Part shown: one piece after another, positions 1 through 5,324 of the stretch
Position numbering within the stretch: the first letter of the stretch is position 1
Layout: each line of letters starts with the position of its first letter
IMG/VR virus record: IMGVR_UViG_2609459826_000005
Location: 1 to 15,276 of that record
DNA length: 15,276 nt
Reading direction: 5' to 3' (one strand)
Source of the DNA: a virus
Lineage: Duplodnaviria; Heunggongvirae; Uroviricota; Caudoviricetes
The notes under the pieces: generated by a model
What the model saw: the letters and a program-made list of their open reading frames with translations, nothing else
Database searches by the model: none
What the model was told of the DNA's origin: nothing
Made by a program: the position numbers and the translations under genes

Positions 1-357
1 CAGGTTAAACAGCAGTTGGCTGCGCTTGGCTATACCACCGTTCCTGACTTCATGATCGACGCCTACCTGTGCAAGCTGGCGAAGATAGAACCCTGCCTGA
101 TTGCCGCCGGTTACGACGATTGCGATCTGATGCTCATCCAAGTGTACGCAGTCACCTTGATGGCTCTGACGGCGTACACGCAGCGGATTAAGTCGCAGGG
201 TGCTCCGTCCGGTGCGTCCCGGTCGTTCGACTACAGCGACAGCGTGCTCAACATGCGTGACGCTCTGCTGGCGCTGGATACCTCCGGTTGCACGTCAGAG
301 CTGCCCATCGATGTCGGGCAGAAGGTTGGGATGTTCCTCGTTGTTGGGGGCTGCTGA
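1..357 (+). CDS. phage head-tail connector/adaptor protein (gp6-like), 5' partial
   Basis: Reading frame is open from base 1 (no stop upstream of the listed ORF at 16), ends TGA 355-357 overlapping the next start. Position immediately upstream of head-closure, neck and major tail genes. Family assignment is by synteny and general resemblance, not a recognised motif. Confidence 0.45.
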   Translation, partial: QVKQQLAALGYTTVPDFMIDAYLCKLAKIEPCLIAAGYDDCDLMLIQVYAVTLMALTAYTQRIKSQGAPSGASRSFDYSDSVLNMRDALLALDTSGCTSELPIDVGQKVGMFLVVGGC

Positions 358-530
358 TGACCTGGACACCCGTAAGCGTCCGGCTGCCGCGCTCATTCAC
401 TCGCATCTGGGTGCTGACCGACACCGGTCGGGAGACTACCGGCTACGTCAAATCGGATGGGGAGTGGTTCATTAACTGTGATCGCATCCGGGCTACTGGC
501 GCGGTGGTGCTGCGCTGGAGGGAGGACTGA
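357..530 (+). CDS. small hypothetical phage protein (57 aa), translationally coupled
   Basis: ATG at 357 overlaps upstream stop (TGATG) and its own stop overlaps the next ATG at 530 (TGATG). Coupling on both sides argues for a real small gene; function unknown. Confidence 0.4.
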   Translation: MTWTPVSVRLPRSFTRIWVLTDTGRETTGYVKSDGEWFINCDRIRATGAVVLRWRED

Positions 531-886
531 TGTCGGCAACCGCGAATTGGAGTTACACCGCCAAAGCCACCATCTGGCGCAAGGGCGCAGGCGGCAGGGA
601 TGAGAACGGCGACCCCATAAACGGCTATGACGCGCCGGTAGTCATCATGGTCGATTATGAGGGCGGGCTGTCAAAGCGCATCGGCAACCTGGGCACTGAA
701 ATCGTAGTGAAAAATACCGTCTGGACGGAATACGCGCTGGCCGACGCCGGTGATTACCTGCTGATTGGTGAATCTACCGATGCCGATCCGGTTGCTGCTG
801 GCGCTGACGAGGTGCGGCAGGTTATCCGCTACGCCGATACGTTCGAGCGAGTGGCGGATGATTTCGCCATCCTGACGGGAGTGTAG
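530..886 (+). CDS. head-tail joining / head closure protein
   Basis: 118 aa ORF in the canonical position between connector and HK97 gp10-like gene; start coupled to upstream stop. Assignment by synteny and size. Confidence 0.5.
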   Translation: MSATANWSYTAKATIWRKGAGGRDENGDPINGYDAPVVIMVDYEGGLSKRIGNLGTEIVVKNTVWTEYALADAGDYLLIGESTDADPVAAGADEVRQVIRYADTFERVADDFAILTGV

Positions 887-888
887 CT

Positions 889-1257
889 ATGGGCATCAAA
901 GTTAAGGGCATCAGTCAGGCGCGTAAAAACCTCAATGCCCTAGTCGGCGACATCCAGGGCCGTAAGACCATCAGGGCCATGCAGTCGGCGCTGATTATCG
1001 GGGGCTCGCAGGCTGCGCTCTATACGCCGATCGACACGTCCACGCTGCTGAATAGTCAGTTTCGCGACATAACCGTGAACGGCAATCGCGTAACGGGCCG
1101 TGTGGGATACTCTGCTAATTACGCGGTGTATGTTCACGACCCGAACGTACCTCAGACCTTCCGACGAGCTACAGCACGGAAAGAATTCCTCACGAAAGGC
1201 TTTGAGGATACGCGAAGACAAATCGATGCGGTGATCGCCAAGGAGATGTCGCTATGA
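889..1257 (+). CDS. HK97 gp10-like tail completion (neck) protein
   Basis: 122 aa, GGGAG 8 nt upstream of ATG 889; size and position typical of the HK97 gp10 family; stop overlaps next start (ATGA at 1254-1257). Confidence 0.55.
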   Translation: MGIKVKGISQARKNLNALVGDIQGRKTIRAMQSALIIGGSQAALYTPIDTSTLLNSQFRDITVNGNRVTGRVGYSANYAVYVHDPNVPQTFRRATARKEFLTKGFEDTRRQIDAVIAKEMSL

Positions 1258-1637
1258 CGCCCATGATGCATGAGCGGGTGCGCAACATGTTCGGTGATGC
1301 TGGCCTCACGGCCGGGTTCACGGTGCAGAAGTTGATGTATGACGACCCGGAGGATCTGACGCAGGCCGTGATGGTGTTCAGGCCAAACGGTGGTACCGAC
1401 GTACGAAACGATCTTGGTTCTGAGCATTACGTCCTGGTCGATGTCATTGCTGCGAAGGACAGGCGCGGCGACGCCGCTAATGCTGTTCAGCGTATTGTCG
1501 ATTATGTTCAGGCAAACCCTATGGCTGATGAGTGCGTCGGCTATATCCAGAATATGGGCGCAATCCCCGCCCCGGTGTTAACAGAAGAGGGGCGAATGAC
1601 CTTCCGGCTCCAGTTCGCCTGCACCTACGGCGAATAG
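1254..1637 (+). CDS. tail terminator / tail tube-head joining protein (gpU analogue)
   Basis: 127 aa ORF directly upstream of the major tail protein gene, translationally coupled to the preceding gene; followed by an intrinsic terminator. Confidence 0.5.
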   Translation: MTPMMHERVRNMFGDAGLTAGFTVQKLMYDDPEDLTQAVMVFRPNGGTDVRNDLGSEHYVLVDVIAAKDRRGDAANAVQRIVDYVQANPMADECVGYIQNMGAIPAPVLTEEGRMTFRLQFACTYGE

Positions 1638-1653
1638 CCAACCCAACCAAATA

Positions 1654-1680
1654 GACCCGCTACGGCGGGGTTTTTTTTTT
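1654..1680 (+). terminator. rho-independent terminator (CCCGC-TACG-GCGGG stem-loop + T10)
   Basis: Perfect 5 bp GC stem 1656-1660/1665-1669 with tetraloop, followed by ten T at 1671-1680, 17 nt after the stop at 1637. Confidence 0.7.
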
Positions 1681-1700
1681 AGTCAAAGAGGAAGTTTCAC

Positions 1701-2444
1701 ATGGCTAATTGCCCTAGCTCTAACGAGCGCCTATTCGGTGGCGCGGTGGTGCTGGAAGTCGCCGACGGCTGCCCGGATGTCAAACCACTTGAATCAGAGT
1801 GGAAGGCGCTGGCGGCCGGTACGTCCAAAGGCTTCGACTTCAACCCGAACTCGGTAACCTCAGATGCTGATGACGGCGGCGGCTATGTCGAAACCATCAT
1901 CACCAACAGTGACTTCACCCTGAGCTTTGAAGGTGAGGTCCGCAAGAAGGATAAACTGGATCAGTACGGCGTCGGCAAGTTCATCAAGTATTTCGCTGAC
2001 GAGCTGAAAGCCAAACGCCAGCCCGGAATCTGGGTGCGAATGGACTACGGCCCGGTTGAATTCATCGGCTACATGAACATCAACGCGCTGAGTTCTGACG
2101 GCGGCACCAACGATATCGTCACGTTCTCTACCGAGTTCAAAGTGGGCGATGCCAGCACCATCGAAGTTAACGAAGTGACGGCAGTGGCGGTGACCGGCGT
2201 AACGGTGACCCCAGCTACCAGCACTGGCGCGGCAGGCGGTACCAGCACCTTTACGGTGAATATCGCCCCGACCGGCGCAACCAACAAAGACTTCACCGTA
2301 GCATCAACCGATCCAACCAAAGCCACTGCTACCGCCTCCGGTACCACCGTGACGGTGAACCGCGTCGCCGCCGGCAGCGCGCAGATCGTCATTAACACCG
2401 AAGACGGTAATTTTGTTGCAACCCATACCGTTACCGTCAGCTAA
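1701..2444 (+). CDS. major tail protein with C-terminal Ig-like (Big_2-type) domain
   Basis: 247 aa; AAAGAGGAAG RBS at 1685-1694. The C-terminal ~90 aa is Thr/Val/Ala-rich with alternating beta-strand pattern (VTGVTVTPATSTGAAGGTSTFTVNIAPTGATNKDFTVASTDPTKATATASGTTVTVNRVAAGSAQIVINT), typical of Ig-like domains appended to siphovirus major tail proteins (cf. lambda gpV C-terminus). Confidence 0.8.
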   Translation: MANCPSSNERLFGGAVVLEVADGCPDVKPLESEWKALAAGTSKGFDFNPNSVTSDADDGGGYVETIITNSDFTLSFEGEVRKKDKLDQYGVGKFIKYFADELKAKRQPGIWVRMDYGPVEFIGYMNINALSSDGGTNDIVTFSTEFKVGDASTIEVNEVTAVAVTGVTVTPATSTGAAGGTSTFTVNIAPTGATNKDFTVASTDPTKATATASGTTVTVNRVAAGSAQIVINTEDGNFVATHTVTVS

Positions 2445-2504
2445 CGGCCATTCCAAAGGGTGGCCGCGGCTGCCCTTGATAATGACCGTTAACCTGGGTG
2501 AAAC

Positions 2505-3179
2505 ATGACAGTAGTAGCCATGAAAGAAATTGGCGAGATCGCCATTAGTGACAGCCGGGAAGGTGGTAAGGACTACTTACTGCGGCCTTCCTTCTCAGCG
2601 ATGATGAAGGTTGGTGAACCGGATGAGATCGTGAAGATGTACGCACTAATTCACGGTAGCGAGGTGCAGCAATTGATAGCCTCTTGTACTGCTGGCTTCG
2701 ACTCAATTCCTGAATGGATGGCTCCATCCTTCAATGTTGCAGCTGACAATCTGCTATTCACGTCAATGCTGGTATTGCAGGCCTGCTGTGATGATGATCT
2801 CGATGAGATAATTGGCGAGTGGGCTGATGAAGGCGGCAGAATCTCCTATCAGCCCGGCATGATGGCAAAAGATTTAATCATCATTTTCGCCCGCGAGCTG
2901 ATGCAGCACGGCATCGTAGGTAAAGCCAGTGTGCGACGCCTGCAGCGGCATGAGTCAGGCGAAACGACGAACGAGTTTAAGGCCTTCGACTACATCAGCG
3001 CGGCGCGTAGCCACTTCGGCATGAGCCGGGAAGAGGCTGCGGCGCTGACCATGACCGAGTTTCAGCTGATGCTGGCGCAGAAATACCCTGATCAGAAGGG
3101 TTTCACGCGGGATGAGTACGACGCGGTTGCGGATGACTTCCTGGCGAAACAGGCTGCGAGAAGGGCTAAGCAGAAGTAG
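2505..3179 (+). CDS. putative tail assembly chaperone (position-based)
   Basis: 224 aa acidic protein in the slot between major tail and tape measure genes, where gpG/GT-type chaperones are encoded. No slippery frameshift site recognised; the call is synteny-based only. Confidence 0.4.
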   Translation: MTVVAMKEIGEIAISDSREGGKDYLLRPSFSAMMKVGEPDEIVKMYALIHGSEVQQLIASCTAGFDSIPEWMAPSFNVAADNLLFTSMLVLQACCDDDLDEIIGEWADEGGRISYQPGMMAKDLIIIFARELMQHGIVGKASVRRLQRHESGETTNEFKAFDYISAARSHFGMSREEAAALTMTEFQLMLAQKYPDQKGFTRDEYDAVADDFLAKQAARRAKQK

Positions 3180-3195
3180 CCCACCCAAATAATCA

Positions 3196-3223
3196 AGCCT
3201 CGGCATTGTCCGGGGCTTTTTTG
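3196..3223 (+). terminator. rho-independent terminator after the chaperone gene
   Basis: AGCCTCGG / CCGGGGCT 8 bp stem (one G-U wobble) with CATTGT loop followed by TTTTTTGT, 17 nt after stop at 3179. Confidence 0.6.
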
Positions 3224-3261
3224 TACCCGCAGTAAATCAACCGCGCTTCACACGCGCATTG

Positions 3262-3267
3262 TATAAT
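3262..3267 (+). promoter_or_regulatory. consensus -10 hexamer TATAAT upstream of the KilA-N gene (candidate moron promoter)
   Basis: Exact TATAAT at 3262-3267 immediately preceded by TG, located between a terminator and the KilA-N start. No good -35 found at 17 bp spacing. Confidence 0.35.
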
Positions 3268-3341
3268 CCTAGAGCCTACAGTAAGCGAGCCTGAGAGTTG
3301 CCGTTATAGGTGGCGACCTCTCTAGGAGGCGGCTTCTCTGT

Positions 3342-3905
3342 GTGACAGGCTCTGCTTTCTATAGGCAAATCGCAATGAAATATCCAACCGTATCAGTAAG
3401 CGGCGTTTCCGTTCGCGTTGATGACGAAGGGCGCTATAACCTTAATGATCTTCATGCAGCCGCAGTGGCAAACGGAGAGGCAACAGAACAGCAGCGCCCA
3501 AGTCAGTTTTTGCGTAGTGCTCAAGTTAAGCGCTTCATAAAAGCACTAAAAGCCAAAGTGCAAAAAAGCACTCTGGAACAAATTCAACCACTTAATGTTA
3601 TTAAAGGTGGGGATGAACCAGGCGTTTGGGGTGTTGAACTGTTGGCGATCCGTTATGCCGCATGGATTAAGCCGGAATTTGAGATTGAAGTATATGAGGT
3701 GTTCCGAACGGTGGTTCGCCTCGGCATTAGTGCCATGTCTCGCCTGAACAAAATCGACCACATCATCAACACCGAATCGAAAGAGATCAGCAAGTGCGCC
3801 AGCCAGATGGCCCGGTGGGGTGTCGGTGGTCGTAAGCAGCTATTGCACGCAGCAAGAGATCGCGTCGCCGATGAAGTTCAGATGTACCTGCCAGGCATCG
3901 CGTGA
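3342..3905 (+). CDS. KilA-N domain protein
   Basis: GTG start 3342 with AGGAGG at 3325-3330 (alternative ATG at 3375). N-terminal region contains the hallmark KilA-N pattern (VSVRVDDEGRYNLNDLHAAA...RPSQFLR...IKGG...GVWGVELLAIRYAAWIKPEFEIEV). Confidence 0.8.
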   Translation: MTGSAFYRQIAMKYPTVSVSGVSVRVDDEGRYNLNDLHAAAVANGEATEQQRPSQFLRSAQVKRFIKALKAKVQKSTLEQIQPLNVIKGGDEPGVWGVELLAIRYAAWIKPEFEIEVYEVFRTVVRLGISAMSRLNKIDHIINTESKEISKCASQMARWGVGGRKQLLHAARDRVADEVQMYLPGIA

Positions 3906-3912
3906 AGGTGGC

Positions 3913-3935
3913 AAGGCCCACTCAGGTGGGCTTTA
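3913..3935 (+). terminator. hairpin terminator after KilA-N gene (weak T tract)
   Basis: AGGCCCAC-TCAG-GTGGGCTT hairpin (GCCCAC/GTGGGC perfect stem) followed by TTTAG; 8 nt after stop at 3905. Confidence 0.45.
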
Positions 3936-3960
3936 GATCTCTTATCTCGGGGAGAGGGCG

Positions 3961-4155
3961 GTGAAACCTAAGCAAACATTAACCATTAACAATTTGATAC
4001 CATTCCCAAGCGAAGCGCCTAGAGAAGAGACCATAGAGTGTAATGATGTTTTTCTTGATAATTCAATGCTAGAGGAAAAAATTTCTACTCGAATAGGTTT
4101 TAGTAGATTGATTTTTGTTAATGAAATCAACTCGATCAATTCCATCTCGGAGTGA
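3961..4155 (+). CDS. small hypothetical protein (64 aa) in AT-rich moron segment
   Basis: GTG start with GGGGAGAGGG just upstream; ends 37 nt before the peptidase gene. A 73 aa ORF on the opposite strand (3942-4163) covers the same DNA, so strand and reality are uncertain. Confidence 0.3.
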   Translation: MKPKQTLTINNLIPFPSEAPREETIECNDVFLDNSMLEEKISTRIGFSRLIFVNEINSINSISE

Positions 4156-4192
4156 ATTATCATATGCGCATACCTTTCAATAGGATGCGAAA

Positions 4193-4771
4193 ATGATTAA
4201 CGAATATGATTTCGTGACAGCGGCAGGTCATATAGCTAAACATGAAGCCGGTCACTGGCTTGCGGCGTTTAAATTAGGCTGGAACCCAAGAGGTATAGGC
4301 TTGAGAGTGCCGCCTCATGCTAAAGATCACATGGGTTATTCAGAAACAAGTCACAAAGTCGATTTAAGCAGCATTGAGGATGTCCGGGATTACGCAAGAG
4401 GCAGGGTAAAAATTCTCTACAGTGGCGTATATGCAGAGCACTTTGACGGAAAAGACTTTGATCACGAATCCATAATGCGTGATATGAAGCGTGGCGGCGG
4501 TGCTTATTCTGATTTCTGGAAAGCTGAAGAAATCTACTTCTTTTACTACAACTGCCTCGACACAAAGGGAGAGTGGGATGAAGAGTTTCAGCCTGTTATT
4601 TGCGACGTTCAGCTCATGATCGAAATGCATTATGACTTCATCACCTTGGTAGCCAAATTTGTTATGGCGAGGGCAAATTTTGTCGGTCAACGCATAGAGA
4701 TTTCATCCACCGACCTGATCAGGCTGTTCGAAAATAGCGCCATTAATCTACCGGATCACGACCCTGCCTAA
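4193..4771 (+). CDS. standalone FtsH-like (peptidase M41-type) zinc metallopeptidase domain protein
   Basis: 192 aa; HEAGH at residues 17-21 (AGHIAKHEAGHWLAAFKLGWNPRGIGLRV), followed by a PRG motif and LYSG...AE / GGGAYSD segments. This parallels the FtsH protease domain (HEAGHA...IIPRGRALG...LYGGRLAEE...GASND) as recalled from E. coli FtsH. No AAA+ ATPase or transmembrane part. AGGA 7 nt upstream of ATG. Confidence 0.65.
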   Translation: MINEYDFVTAAGHIAKHEAGHWLAAFKLGWNPRGIGLRVPPHAKDHMGYSETSHKVDLSSIEDVRDYARGRVKILYSGVYAEHFDGKDFDHESIMRDMKRGGGAYSDFWKAEEIYFFYYNCLDTKGEWDEEFQPVICDVQLMIEMHYDFITLVAKFVMARANFVGQRIEISSTDLIRLFENSAINLPDHDPA

Positions 4772-4883
4772 CTGCGGGTTTTTCCGGCGCTAGCCTCTTG
4801 AGATCAATAAATCAGCGTTTGCCGTTGCGCCTGTGCTATTCCTGGGTAGGATGTTTCCACTTTTACCAATGGGGAATAGGGAT

Positions 4884-5270
4884 ATGAAGCGTTTACTGAT
4901 CATGGCTATTGCTGGGCTATCACTAACCGGCTGCGGCAAACCTGCACCGACAAGAGATGAGGCCTTTCAAATGGCTAAGCAGGAAATGTCGATGGCTCTT
5001 TGTGGCGATAGGAGTGCAAGCTGTTTTATTGCTGAAGGAGGAAGCTCTAAAGTATCAGAGAAGAAAAATGACAATACCTATAACGCCTCAGCTACATTTA
5101 ACAGCCTAAAAGGGAAGGGCAAGGATTTGGAATATAGCGGCGGGGGCGTTTTTTTCGAAATAGATGACGAAACAAGGGCTGTATATGTCAAATCCATCTC
5201 AGCATGGTCTGAGGATGGAAAAAAGAGCATTGAGCTTTGTGGTTCGAACTATAAATTCTGTACTAAATGA
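4884..5270 (+). CDS. small lipoprotein (128 aa), candidate superinfection-exclusion moron
   Basis: Likely start ATG 4884 (in-frame upstream GTG/ATG at 4833/4851/4869 lack a signal peptide). N-terminus MKRLLIMAIAGLSLTGC has a basic n-region, hydrophobic core and lipobox L-T-G-C. Followed by a strong terminator. Confidence 0.7.
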   Translation: MKRLLIMAIAGLSLTGCGKPAPTRDEAFQMAKQEMSMALCGDRSASCFIAEGGSSKVSEKKNDNTYNASATFNSLKGKGKDLEYSGGGVFFEIDDETRAVYVKSISAWSEDGKKSIELCGSNYKFCTK

Positions 5271-5286
5271 AGCCCTAATAAACAGC

Positions 5287-5309
5287 AACCCGCCGAGGCG
5301 GGTTTTTTT
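5287..5309 (+). terminator. rho-independent terminator (CCCGC-CGAG-GCGGG + T7) abutting the tape measure gene
   Basis: 5 bp GC stem 5289-5293/5298-5302, tetraloop, seven T at 5303-5309. Confidence 0.7.
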
Positions 5310-5324
5310 ATGCCCGGAGAGAAC

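Noticed and set aside
200-530. Overlapping + strand ORFs 200-475 (91 aa) and 288-530 as an 80 aa product
   Set aside because: Both are alternative-frame readings inside the connector gene; only the portion from ATG 357, which is stop/start coupled on both sides, is retained.
940-1581. Minus-strand ORFs 940-1221 and 1152-1427 and + strand ORF 1390-1581
   Set aside because: Embedded in or antisense to the coupled gp10-like and terminator-like genes; no independent start signals.
2069-2398. Minus-strand 109 aa ORF
   Set aside because: Antisense to the Ig-like domain region of the major tail gene; low-complexity Val/Thr/Ala product arising from the GT-rich repeat-like coding sequence.
2505-3179. 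Programmed -1 frameshift (G/GT-type) in the chaperone gene
   Set aside because: Looked for a slippery heptamer and an overlapping downstream frame extending toward the tape measure gene; none found, and the gene is followed by a terminator and a moron block rather than an overlapping T frame.
5310-5324. Upstream in-frame ATG at 5310 as tape measure start (and 12207 for the fibre gene)
   Set aside because: These ATGs abut the terminator T-run with no room for an RBS, whereas the conserved CCCGGAG gives a properly spaced Shine-Dalgarno for ATG 5325 and 12222. Not fully excluded.
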